Origin: a virus
Taxonomy: Duplodnaviria > Caudoviricetes
Strand: one strand, 5' to 3'
IMG/VR virus record: IMGVR_UViG_3300017766_003924
Location: 20,478 to 84,477 of that record
Length of the DNA stretch: 64,000 nt
How positions within the stretch are numbered: position 1 is the stretch's first letter; every line of letters begins with the position of its first letter. Below, one piece after another: positions 9,562-19,122 of this stretch. The translations under genes and the position numbers were made by a program. The notes below the pieces were generated by a model. It searched no databases. It saw only the letters and a program-made list of their open reading frames with translations, and was not told where the DNA came from.

Positions 9562-10271
9562 ACTATTGGCTTACAGTTGTATTTCTCCCAGTTAATAGTC
9601 TTTGAATATGATACTGGGTCTATATATCCTGCATCTATAAATCCTTTAATACGACTCGAGCATGAAGGACACTCACCACATGAAAGTATATTCTTTGAAT
9701 AGCAAGTCCGTGTATCTTTAAAGTCTATTCCACACTTGATACCTAATTCAATTATTTCTTTCTTTGAAAGCTTAATAAGAGGTGCTTCGATAGATATCTG
9801 ATTTCTACGATTTAGTGAAGTTACTTTATTCATCCATAACCAAAACTCTTCACTAGCATCCCAATATCCACTTACCGTATCAATTTCTGCTGCACCATAG
9901 AATACCTTCTCTGCACCATAGTTTTCTGCACATGCACATGCAATAGAAAGCATCATCATGTTTCTAAACGGTACATAAGTCGTAGGTTGTGGATCCCCTA
10001 AGATGTCTTTCATTTTAGGAATATCTAATTGATCATTTGTCAGAGATGATATTTGTGTTACATCTTTAAGAAATGAAATATCGAGCTGTTTATATGATGC
10101 TCCTATTTTAGCAGTTTGTGACTGAGCATTATTCAATTCGAAAGAGTGTTTCTGTCCATAGTAAAAACCTAGAGTCTGAATTTTATCATACCCTAGGTTT
10201 TTGTGTACGTGATGTAATACTACTGAAGAGTCGAGCCCTCCACTTAATACTACTAACGCTTTTTTAATCAT
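9558..10271 (-). CDS. queC: 7-cyano-7-deazaguanine (preQ0) synthase
   Basis: LSGGLDS PP-loop, YGQKH, TYVPFRN, CY...CGECPSC zinc site. Confidence 0.95.
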   Translation of the reverse strand: MIKKALVVLSGGLDSSVVLHHVHKNLGYDKIQTLGFYYGQKHSFELNNAQSQTAKIGASYKQLDISFLKDVTQISSLTNDQLDIPKMKDILGDPQPTTYVPFRNMMMLSIACACAENYGAEKVFYGAAEIDTVSGYWDASEEFWLWMNKVTSLNRRNQISIEAPLIKLSKKEIIELGIKCGIDFKDTRTCYSKNILSCGECPSCSSRIKGFIDAGYIDPVSYSKTINWEKYNCKPIV

Positions 10272-10287
10272 ATATGATTATCATATA

Positions 10288-11415
10288 TTATTCTTCATCG
10301 TTTTCAATCGCTTTTTCTTGTAATATAACGGCTTCGACTTCTTTTATCGAGTTATAGCGATACTTAGACTGAACAATCTTATCCAATTCTGGAATAAGTT
10401 TCTTCCATACCTCTGCATCTTTCTCGAAATTTTTACGGTAACCTAACTTTTCACCTGTCGCTTTGATGGTAAATGTCTTACCATTTGTCTCGATTATTCC
10501 ATAGTTAACACACATATCTATTAACCCTGAGTATTGATCTAACCCAGTGAGGAAGTTGTTGTACATCGATGCCTTGAGGAAAGGTGGCACAAAGCGGTTT
10601 TTTACAGTAAAGGCACCGAGAGTAACGCCACTAAATCTATGACCTTCTGCAATCATAGTGTCTTGATCATTATTTTCATCCTTCTTCTCATTGCTTACAG
10701 TTGTCTGTACTAATACTGACGCAAGATAAATCGGCCCAGATCCACCTGCTTGATTCTTAACAGTAGAGGCATACATTGCTGCAGGGTCATCATAAGTATG
10801 ATTAGTGAAAATAATGGTGACACCAGCTTTTGCGGCTTTATAAGTTAACACTCTCATCATTGCCTTTAATTGCTTTGCACGGAGACCCATGTCTGATGCA
10901 TCCTTACCTTCTACTGCATCTTTAATTTCTTTAGCTGTGGTAAGATTGCCTAGTGAGTCAATACCGATAATAATTTCATTCTTGATTTTAGATTCAATAA
11001 TCTTATCGAGAAAGTTAACAACCTGATTCTTACAGTCATTAATTGTCTGGACGGGGTACCACTTTGCACGTTTAACATCAACACCCATTGCAAGTGCAGA
11101 TGCTCTATCTTGTGCTACTTCAGAATCCCATATTGCAGCATAAAGATTTTTGTCTCTCTTTTGAGCATTACCGATAATCTTATTGAGAATGCTAGACTTG
11201 CCTGACATTGAAGGACCGGAAAAGCCGGTAATACGAGCCTTAGGAATACCACCTTCAACCAGCTTACCGGATATGATTGCATTTAAAGCGTAGCATCCTG
11301 TATCATACCATTTATCTACAGTTGATAAGGTTACTTTATCAAGCCATTCCCCATCGGGATTAAGTTTATCTACTACAGAAAACAAATCATTTATTTCATC
11401 AGAATTTTTACTCAT
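10288..11415 (-). CDS. uvsX: RecA-like recombinase UvsX
   Basis: DTGCYALNAIISG, GPSMSGKS, IDSLGNL, DMGLRAK, FTNHTY, GGSG. Confidence 0.93.
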   Translation of the reverse strand: MSKNSDEINDLFSVVDKLNPDGEWLDKVTLSTVDKWYDTGCYALNAIISGKLVEGGIPKARITGFSGPSMSGKSSILNKIIGNAQKRDKNLYAAIWDSEVAQDRASALAMGVDVKRAKWYPVQTINDCKNQVVNFLDKIIESKIKNEIIIGIDSLGNLTTAKEIKDAVEGKDASDMGLRAKQLKAMMRVLTYKAAKAGVTIIFTNHTYDDPAAMYASTVKNQAGGSGPIYLASVLVQTTVSNEKKDENNDQDTMIAEGHRFSGVTLGAFTVKNRFVPPFLKASMYNNFLTGLDQYSGLIDMCVNYGIIETNGKTFTIKATGEKLGYRKNFEKDAEVWKKLIPELDKIVQSKYRYNSIKEVEAVILQEKAIENDEE

Positions 11416-11431
11416 ACACTGTATTCTATCA
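11416..11431 (-). promoter_or_regulatory. extended -10-like element (TGA-TAGAAT) 7 nt upstream of the uvsX ATG
   Basis: Minus strand reads TGATAGAATACAGTGT-ATG. Confidence 0.5.
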
Positions 11432-11441
11432 TGAAAAATAA

Positions 11442-11472
11442 AAAAAGCAACGGCGGTTAGCCGTTGCTTTTT
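11442..11472 (-). terminator. rho-independent terminator (possibly bidirectional)
   Basis: AAAAAGCAACGGC-ggtta-GCCGTTGCTTTTT stem with T tracts on both strands. Confidence 0.85.
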
Positions 11473-11488
11473 AGATAGTTATAACCTT

Positions 11489-11851
11489 TTACTTGTCGAA
11501 AAGATTAACAACTTTTCCCCCTGGAGGCTTCCCTGGCATCACACCGGGTCCCGGTGTTATAATTGAAGAAAACATGCGTCTATACTGCTCAACTAAGCGA
11601 TCATCAACTTCTGCTCCTGCGAGGGTATTGAGACCTGCATTCTTGAAGTTAACAGTAACGTCAGCTCCACCCTTTAAGAGCTCCTTAAAGACATAAGGAA
11701 TGAGCTGAACGGACATTTGTCCATTCTGAGTTGGTGCAATATTGACAACAACTGGGTTTTTAATAGGTGTAACATCTGCCTCTGGCCATTCAGTGCCAGG
11801 TTCACCAATGATGAGACGACCGAGGGTATCTACTACGTTAATAAGTTTCAT
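11489..11851 (-). CDS. hypothetical small beta-barrel (Sm-like) protein
   Basis: 120 aa; G-R-L-I-I-G-E, IKNPVVV and SVQLIPY pattern as seen in T4-like phage Sm-like proteins. Confidence 0.5.
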   Translation of the reverse strand: MKLINVVDTLGRLIIGEPGTEWPEADVTPIKNPVVVNIAPTQNGQMSVQLIPYVFKELLKGGADVTVNFKNAGLNTLAGAEVDDRLVEQYRRMFSSIITPGPGVMPGKPPGGKVVNLFDK

Positions 11852-11884
11852 ATTCGAGTTAATTATGTATTATATTTTCAGAGT

Positions 11885-14482
11885 TCAAGAGAATAAATCT
11901 AGCAAATTTGATTTTACTTGGCGATCTGGCCGAGTAATAGGCCATTTTGCTATTTCATAAAAGCTTTCAACGATTGAAAATACGATTTTTGAGAACATGA
12001 GCTCATAGTCAACTTTAAGATCTCGTTTAAATTCTTCTGGAAAGTAATATTTGTATCCGATTGACGATATTCCATACTTATTAGGTGACTGTACATAAAG
12101 ATACCTTACCTTATCTCCCGTACCTATTGGTTCATATTGCTTATCTACTCCATATTTCTTAAGAAGTATGTTATGAAAGTATGCAGCCTTAACATGAATA
12201 GGCATCCCTTTATTGGTCTTAAAGTCTATACACTTTGTTGCATGCTTTTCATAATCAGATATGCCAGAAGTAAATGAAATATCAGTAATGTCTAGAGCTT
12301 TGAATATCGTATAAGTTTCAAATACAACTTCATTAGTCTTTTTGATATCCTGTGTGGTAATCATAGTTTCTATGATTTTCTTGATATAAGGCTTGACTGG
12401 TTTAGGCAATGTAGTTCGTACTACTTCAACACCAACATACTTCCATTTATTGCAGGGTATCTTTTTGTTATCTAATACATGCAGCACATATCTCTTTTTT
12501 TCTTTGAAAAATGCAGTATCACAGATAGCTTCTCGTTTGAATATAAATCTACAATCCATTGAGTTGAGCTCGGTTACACCCCAATTATAAATCTCTTTAT
12601 TGAGATGATTTTCTATATCATTAACTATTTTATGTACTCCGCTTGATACATTACCCGTCTTTGAGTCAATGAACTCGATTTTAAGCTTATCTACAACAGG
12701 CTTGAGAGTAATGTAACTTGAATCTGTATCGTTATATATAGATACATCACACGTTTCATTAATAAGTTTAGATACGTATGAATTTAAAATTTCGTTAGAT
12801 TGCTTAATGACTGCTTGACCAGTTAAAGTAATAGATCTTGCTATATCAGAATCACCCATGGGAGCATATTTGTTACCAAAGTATCCATATGTCCGGTTAA
12901 TTAAAATCTTAAGTGTAAATTGATGAATATCTAACTGTTCATGTTTATACTTAAGCTCTGCAAGTTTATCAGGCTGTTTACCACTTTTTTCCAACTCATA
13001 GATTTCTTTTGATAGAGTATCTGATCGATTTTGAATTTCTACACGTTTCTTGTAATAGTTATCAACAATCTCAGGGAAAATTCCTTTGGTCTTTTGTGTA
13101 AAGCACACTCCTGCTCGAGTGAGTGATAACTTTTCAATTTCTACTAGTTTCTTAAACTTCTCATCAGGTAATGTTACAGTCTTACCATTTATATGTCTAA
13201 ATGTAGTAGTTCCGTCTGAGTTTTTATTCCAATATCCTACTTTAGTCTCTGGTGAGAGATTTAAAGTAATCATAGTATTAGGATATAGACTATTAACGTC
13301 AAATGATGCTATATATTTTTGAAAGCCTTGTTTAGGGGGTGCTACGAACGCACCTTCGTATTTACTATCCTTTTCAAAGCCTGTATCAAATACCGGAGCG
13401 ATTTTACCTCTCTTTCGAGCTTCGATAACAGCGGCTCCTGTGATTACTGAGATTGTACCCATTCCGCTTTCGAAAGGTACTAACCCTACATATGAAAGCA
13501 TTCTTAACAGACCTAAGTACTGAAGTTTACATTCAAGCTTTTTTAAGAGGTTAACGTCCTGAATGTTATATTCAACAAATTTGTTCCAGTCTTTTTCTGC
13601 TAAATCATAGAGACTAATATTACCATAGTCAGTCTTTTTTTCACCTAGTTCTCTCTGTGCAATATCATTTAACTTAAATGATTCTTTGGTACCCGGACTG
13701 AATATTTTATATGCATCAAGATAGTCAACACATGATACACCTTGAATATACCACTTATTGACAAACTTACCATATTGTCCTTGAATCTGTCTACAATATA
13801 CATTCTGTGTTGGTGAAAGCCTTTTTATTTCCTCATCACCAAAGAGTCTCTTGATTCTATTAATAATGTAAGGTATATCAAAGTATTCTGAATTCCACCC
13901 TGAAAGAATATCGTAGTAATCTTTCTCCATATGGGCTAAGAAGCTTGTAAGAAGTTCTCTTTCTGTATGACACCACTTGTATTCTACTGTAGAGTCAAAT
14001 GTATTACCAGTGTATTCGCCCAATCCCCATACAAAGAATTTATTATGTAAGCTGTCATAAATGGTGATTACATTTATTACTGTATCAGCTTCTTCAAGAG
14101 AAGGGAACCCATCTTCTCTAGGGCACTCAATGTCTACAAATCCAATTTTAAGACGATACTTTGTCATATCGTCAGATTCGTTAACTTTATCAAACATGTC
14201 AATGAGAAACTGTTGCTCAGGATTTATGTTTTCATAGATCCGTTTAATGTTTGAGTCTTTTGTATACTTATACCTATCGTAACCAGAAGGAAATACTTTT
14301 TTCTTGAGTGTAGTATTAAAGAGACTTATTAATCCTGTTTTTTCTGCTGTTTCAATGTAGAGATAAGGATTGTAAGAAATATCTACAGAGATGCGTTTAC
14401 CTTCCTCATCCCAGGTGAATAACCTACAGCACCCTAAACGAGGAAGGTAAACGACGTTCCGATAACCGGGAAAATAATTCAT
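11885..14482 (-). CDS. 43: family B DNA polymerase (gp43)
   Basis: Exo motifs DIE, SGWNSEYFDIPY, YNIQDV; Pol motifs SFDVNSLYP, KILINRTYG, YNDTDS, KKRY. Confidence 0.97.
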   Translation of the reverse strand: MNYFPGYRNVVYLPRLGCCRLFTWDEEGKRISVDISYNPYLYIETAEKTGLISLFNTTLKKKVFPSGYDRYKYTKDSNIKRIYENINPEQQFLIDMFDKVNESDDMTKYRLKIGFVDIECPREDGFPSLEEADTVINVITIYDSLHNKFFVWGLGEYTGNTFDSTVEYKWCHTERELLTSFLAHMEKDYYDILSGWNSEYFDIPYIINRIKRLFGDEEIKRLSPTQNVYCRQIQGQYGKFVNKWYIQGVSCVDYLDAYKIFSPGTKESFKLNDIAQRELGEKKTDYGNISLYDLAEKDWNKFVEYNIQDVNLLKKLECKLQYLGLLRMLSYVGLVPFESGMGTISVITGAAVIEARKRGKIAPVFDTGFEKDSKYEGAFVAPPKQGFQKYIASFDVNSLYPNTMITLNLSPETKVGYWNKNSDGTTTFRHINGKTVTLPDEKFKKLVEIEKLSLTRAGVCFTQKTKGIFPEIVDNYYKKRVEIQNRSDTLSKEIYELEKSGKQPDKLAELKYKHEQLDIHQFTLKILINRTYGYFGNKYAPMGDSDIARSITLTGQAVIKQSNEILNSYVSKLINETCDVSIYNDTDSSYITLKPVVDKLKIEFIDSKTGNVSSGVHKIVNDIENHLNKEIYNWGVTELNSMDCRFIFKREAICDTAFFKEKKRYVLHVLDNKKIPCNKWKYVGVEVVRTTLPKPVKPYIKKIIETMITTQDIKKTNEVVFETYTIFKALDITDISFTSGISDYEKHATKCIDFKTNKGMPIHVKAAYFHNILLKKYGVDKQYEPIGTGDKVRYLYVQSPNKYGISSIGYKYYFPEEFKRDLKVDYELMFSKIVFSIVESFYEIAKWPITRPDRQVKSNLLDLFS

Positions 14483-14512
14483 ATTACGCGTTTATAATAT
14501 GAATATATCTTC

Positions 14513-15700
14513 TTATTTCAAATACTTTCTTAGCGGTGAACCGAAAGGTGTAGTATAGAGCTCGAAATGCTTCGAAAGATTTTCATCATTTTCTAAAAAT
14601 CTCGTTTCTGCATACTTACGAGCTGATCGTGAAATATTCATATAGTCTGTTGAATAATTCAAAACCTTTTTAAGTTGATCAATCATTTCGTCTCCAGTCT
14701 TAAAGCGATATGGAGCATTTGAATAGGTACAAAGATCTTGACAGACAATCGGAATACCATAGCAGCATGCTTCGATATATTTTAAATCGCTCTTTGCTTT
14801 ATTGAAGGTGTTGTCTTGTAAAGGTGCAACCATTGCCTGTACATTAAGGTTATCAATCTGTTCAGGGTAATCATAGATAGGCTTCCAGGGATGGAATTCA
14901 ATTTTACCACTCTTAACAAGATCTTGCAGAGATAGGGGATATGCACCTAAAAATACCCATTGAAATTGATTTACAGTAGAGCGTACAGCATTAAGAACAT
15001 GCTCAAAATCATCTCTTTGCTTGACTCGGTTATCTACATCAAAATGAGCGCCGGAACCGGGATATAACACACGTGGCTTCTTTTTATTCTTTGAAAAGTT
15101 TGTGTAGATCTTTTGTTCATTATAAAATCTTCCCATCCAAAACTTAGGTGGGTAATTAGGTATAACTGTAACATTAGGGTTACCTGTCTTTGATTTATAA
15201 TAATCCTTCATGAAATCGCATGTAACAGAGATTTCATCACACATGTTCATTATTTCAATTGCAGCCTTTTTAATTTCTGGATCCGCAAATGCAATCTTAA
15301 ATTTATTATATTCTGGAATATCTTCATGGAATATAATGTCATCTATCTCGTAGATTAATTTACATTTAGTGTGTTCCTTAAGAAACCGTATAAATTGTAA
15401 TTGGTGAGGTGCAGCTTGCCGCTGAATCTTAACTGTCTGAAGGTTCTCGTAATACTTTAAATCGAGAATCATTGTAGAATTACTCGACACATTTAACCGC
15501 TGATAACCATTTAGTAGTTGTTCAGGCCAGAGCATTCTCCAGTATCCACAACCGCTCGTATCTGCGATATAATTATGACACCGCTGAAGGGTTGCTTCCT
15601 TCATTTCAATTGGTTGATTTGGAGCAGCGTGCGGTACTACTGGTGTGAACTGCTTTATGTGTGATAATCCAAAATGTGGTAAATTAGGAATCTGTATCAT
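14513..15700 (-). CDS. GT-B fold glycosyltransferase
   Basis: GCGYWRM, YEIDD, CDEISVT, VIPN, VAPLQDNTFNKAKSDLKYIE, GIP motifs. Confidence 0.8.
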   Translation of the reverse strand: MIQIPNLPHFGLSHIKQFTPVVPHAAPNQPIEMKEATLQRCHNYIADTSGCGYWRMLWPEQLLNGYQRLNVSSNSTMILDLKYYENLQTVKIQRQAAPHQLQFIRFLKEHTKCKLIYEIDDIIFHEDIPEYNKFKIAFADPEIKKAAIEIMNMCDEISVTCDFMKDYYKSKTGNPNVTVIPNYPPKFWMGRFYNEQKIYTNFSKNKKKPRVLYPGSGAHFDVDNRVKQRDDFEHVLNAVRSTVNQFQWVFLGAYPLSLQDLVKSGKIEFHPWKPIYDYPEQIDNLNVQAMVAPLQDNTFNKAKSDLKYIEACCYGIPIVCQDLCTYSNAPYRFKTGDEMIDQLKKVLNYSTDYMNISRSARKYAETRFLENDENLSKHFELYTTPFGSPLRKYLK

Positions 15701-15709
15701 AATTACTTA

Positions 15710-17530
15710 TTATAAGTAATTAATCAAAGTCTCTGATATATCAACTCGCGTTGTGATGTCGTTTTCCTTCTGCAAGAAGATGATTTCACCGGTTGCACTC
15801 TTAATACTTTCTTTACGGTGACTGATGAGGTATATGCACTCATTATACTGCTCAACTCGTTCTCTTAAAACATTCAGAATGAGCTCAATACCCCTTTCGT
15901 CTAAACTCGTATCAAAGAGTTCATCAAATGCACAGAGGTTGTACACGACGTTACCTTGGATACGTCTCATATCCATGAACGCAAATAAGCATGCAAAGTC
16001 TATATCTTTTCTCTCAGCACCGCTTAAGTTAAAATAAGAACAGATCTTATTTTTCGAATTTACAATCTCCTCTTCAAAGTATTCATTAAAGGTACATACA
16101 AATCTAGATTCGAGTTTATTAAGGTAGTACTGTATGCGATTATTAAAGAGTGCTAACAATTTCTTAACTATAAATGATTTAACACCTTCTTCAGATACAA
16201 TAAATTTGACTGTATCAATTATCGCGATTTTACTTCTTAATGCTTCTATTTCTTGTTTGATAGTAATAATGCGCTGAACTATATCCTGTAGTTGAATATC
16301 ATTTTGTTCTGCTTGATTATTAAGAGACTCGATATCCTTTAAAATAGATTCATTCCAGACGTTTAATTGATCTATTTGACAAGTAAGAGATTCGTTCTCT
16401 TTAATTCTGTCATGATAATTATTGATTAGTAGCTTCTGCTTGTCAAGATTAGTTTGTAATTGTTTTACTATTTGCTCAAGCGACTTTTTCTTTGTTGTAA
16501 ACTGCGCATCTTTCGCGTCTAGCTCTTGAATCTCTTTTGTAATATTTGTAATTTCCTGCTCTGCATTACACTTAACGTGTTCAGAAATAGGCTGTAAACA
16601 TACAGAACAATTACTGTCAGTAACATTGATTTTAGTTAAGATATTCTGCTTCACTGTTTTAATTGCCTTAACTTCTGCAATATTATTTCTAAGCGTGTTT
16701 ATCTTTTCATTACCTTCGACTATACCATTCTTTAATTTAGAGATTATATTTTCAGCTTCAGTTAAGATATTTGCTTCAACCTTTGTAATTCTCTTTGAAT
16801 TAGATTCTATTATTTCAATATTCTTTTTATAGGTAGAATTTAGAGATTTAATTTTTTCTAAGCGTGCTTCTTTACTATTATCAAATATTTGCTTTTGTTG
16901 ACGCTCAAATTTTGTTGCCTCTTCATGACGTGCAACCGTAACATTGAGACTACCTTGAACCTCATTATATTCTCCTCGAGCTTGTTTAAGCATGTCAGAA
17001 AAAATTTCTAGATTGAATATACCTTCAATAAATTTTCTCTTTTCTACTTTCTTTTGTGCTGAAAACGGAGTCGTTTCATTAACCGTTAATATTACACAGT
17101 TTTTAAATATATCGGGAGTGCCTGATATTAATTTCTGTATATAGAGATTCGTGTTAATTATAGTGTCACGTGTTACATCTTGACCATCTATGAAGATGTA
17201 ACAAGCACTAGGATTGAGTGTCCGGACTACTTGAACATTCTTTATAGAATTATTTTCTTCTATAGAAAACCAAATAGACACTTCAGTCGTATTATAGGTA
17301 AGGTTATGGATTATTCTTTCTTTAGGTAAATCTCTTAATGTATTACCAAACAGAGAAAAGAATATACCATCCGCAATTGTTGTCTTACCTACACCATTAC
17401 GTCTATCAACTTTATCTTTATTGATACCCGTAATAATGTTCAAACCTTGCTTAAATTCTATAGTGATTGGAACATCACCTACAGATAGAAAGTTCTTGAT
17501 TGAAATTTTGCTAAATTTTATATACTTCAT
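15710..17530 (-). CDS. 46: SbcC/Rad50-like recombination ATPase (gp46)
   Basis: IKNFLSVG, NGVGKTT, coiled coil with CSVC zinc hook, LSGAE signature, FDELFD. Confidence 0.95.
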   Translation of the reverse strand: MKYIKFSKISIKNFLSVGDVPITIEFKQGLNIITGINKDKVDRRNGVGKTTIADGIFFSLFGNTLRDLPKERIIHNLTYNTTEVSIWFSIEENNSIKNVQVVRTLNPSACYIFIDGQDVTRDTIINTNLYIQKLISGTPDIFKNCVILTVNETTPFSAQKKVEKRKFIEGIFNLEIFSDMLKQARGEYNEVQGSLNVTVARHEEATKFERQQKQIFDNSKEARLEKIKSLNSTYKKNIEIIESNSKRITKVEANILTEAENIISKLKNGIVEGNEKINTLRNNIAEVKAIKTVKQNILTKINVTDSNCSVCLQPISEHVKCNAEQEITNITKEIQELDAKDAQFTTKKKSLEQIVKQLQTNLDKQKLLINNYHDRIKENESLTCQIDQLNVWNESILKDIESLNNQAEQNDIQLQDIVQRIITIKQEIEALRSKIAIIDTVKFIVSEEGVKSFIVKKLLALFNNRIQYYLNKLESRFVCTFNEYFEEEIVNSKNKICSYFNLSGAERKDIDFACLFAFMDMRRIQGNVVYNLCAFDELFDTSLDERGIELILNVLRERVEQYNECIYLISHRKESIKSATGEIIFLQKENDITTRVDISETLINYL

Positions 17531-17531
17531 A

Positions 17532-18578
17532 TTATTGACTACATTTTAAATATAGTTCTTGGGTATATTTGATTACGTCTTTTTTATTGTTAATATCTAA
17601 TGCTTCAACAAATTCTTCAATGACCTTATTAATGTCTACACACTCTAAGTCTGTATTTACATAGTTGATATCATTATGTGGGTTGTTGAGAGTAATTTCT
17701 GTTGTAAATATTGCAGGTTTTAAGGTTTGTAATGACTTATATAGAATATCAGAATCTTCAGATGATATATTTCTATCAATAATGAGCTTGACAATATTTC
17801 CTTCAAAGATGCCGCGAAGCTTATCAGTAAGCCCTGGTTCCTTTATCATCTCAGAAAGTCTAATCTTTTTATGGAGAGGAGAAATTTTGTTTTCTATAAA
17901 CTCATATGAAAGAGTAGTGATATCTAGAATATAAATACCCTTTCGATCACTCATATCTCCATAGTCCATCTGAAATGGATTACCTACATATAAAATTGTA
18001 GAGTTATCATAAATTCTCTCTTGTCTTACATGAAGGTGTCCTGAGATTACTAATTTACCTTTATTGCATACATCTTCAGATGTAAAGCCATGAGAGCACA
18101 CCTTTACATCGTTAAATTTAAAGTTTTGTATTTCGAAGTGACCTATGACAATGTCTGATTTAGGTATATCTGAAATAGGGGTACCCCAAGGACAGAATGT
18201 TATACTCTTTCCAAAGAAGCACTCAGTATGCATCTGGTTAAATACCGTTACATTACTATATCCATTGAATATAGATAAAGAATTAATTTCAGAGGTATCT
18301 TTAAGATATGCATCATGGTTACCTACAATGAAGTAAAGATTAAAGTCTTTAAACTTTTTAAGTAAATCGGAGCCGAAGTTAATTGTTGATACTTCTATAG
18401 AATCCCTATAATGCCACCAATCACCACCAAAGAATATGTCTTTGATACCCCGCTCTTTAAATTCTAAAATACACCAATCTGCCCACTCAGAAGCTATCTT
18501 ATACCATAGCCTTGAATTTTGGTGAACACCTAAATGTAAATCTGAAAAAATTCCTACTTTAGTATTATTCAGTATCAT
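17532..18578 (-). CDS. 47: SbcD/Mre11-like recombination nuclease (gp47)
   Basis: FSDLHLG, GGDWW, VGNHD, GHFEI, SGHLH, YVGNP metallophosphoesterase motifs. Confidence 0.95.
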   Translation of the reverse strand: MILNNTKVGIFSDLHLGVHQNSRLWYKIASEWADWCILEFKERGIKDIFFGGDWWHYRDSIEVSTINFGSDLLKKFKDFNLYFIVGNHDAYLKDTSEINSLSIFNGYSNVTVFNQMHTECFFGKSITFCPWGTPISDIPKSDIVIGHFEIQNFKFNDVKVCSHGFTSEDVCNKGKLVISGHLHVRQERIYDNSTILYVGNPFQMDYGDMSDRKGIYILDITTLSYEFIENKISPLHKKIRLSEMIKEPGLTDKLRGIFEGNIVKLIIDRNISSEDSDILYKSLQTLKPAIFTTEITLNNPHNDINYVNTDLECVDINKVIEEFVEALDINNKKDVIKYTQELYLKCSQ

Positions 18579-19122
18579 ATTGATCGTAATGACCTTCGTA
18601 ATTCTGATGGCTTGAAAACTTTGTATCTACATGCTCACCAGAGTATATTTTATCATTATATACTTGCTCTTGATATTGATTTAATGTTTCGCGGTGCTTC
18701 TTCTCTCGCTTGATTCTATTAATAAATGCATGAAACGCAATGGTGGTAAAGTATGAGAATACATTTGTATCGGCTTTAACATTACATTTCTTTTTACGTA
18801 GCGCATCAACCATCTTAATAATAGCATCTCCAATCATATCCTCTTTATAGGTATAATTGATAAAGTTAGGTGCATAGCTCAACCCTTCGGCGATATTTTT
18901 AATAGAGTTTGCAAGGCTTTCAGACAGCTCACCATTTAGGTAGTACTCTGCGATTTCTGCTTTTAGCATGTCTGGGTTAACATAGAACTTTTCTTTATCA
19001 ACGGATGACGGTTTACGTCCTCTGTTAGACTTGCGTTCATGTTTCACGGGCGTGGTAACTGTCATATTTGAGATTGTTTTCATTGTATATTTTAATTCGC
19101 GATTGCAAGTGTGTTTCACCAT
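18565..19122 (-). CDS. 55: late-transcription sigma factor (gp55)
   Basis: YVN, IAEGLS..PNFINYTYKEDMIGDA, FSYFTTIAFHAFINRIKREKK; start may be internal. Confidence 0.92.
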   Translation of the reverse strand: MVKHTCNRELKYTMKTISNMTVTTPVKHERKSNRGRKPSSVDKEKFYVNPDMLKAEIAEYYLNGELSESLANSIKNIAEGLSYAPNFINYTYKEDMIGDAIIKMVDALRKKKCNVKADTNVFSYFTTIAFHAFINRIKREKKHRETLNQYQEQVYNDKIYSGEHVDTKFSSHQNYEGHYDQYDTE

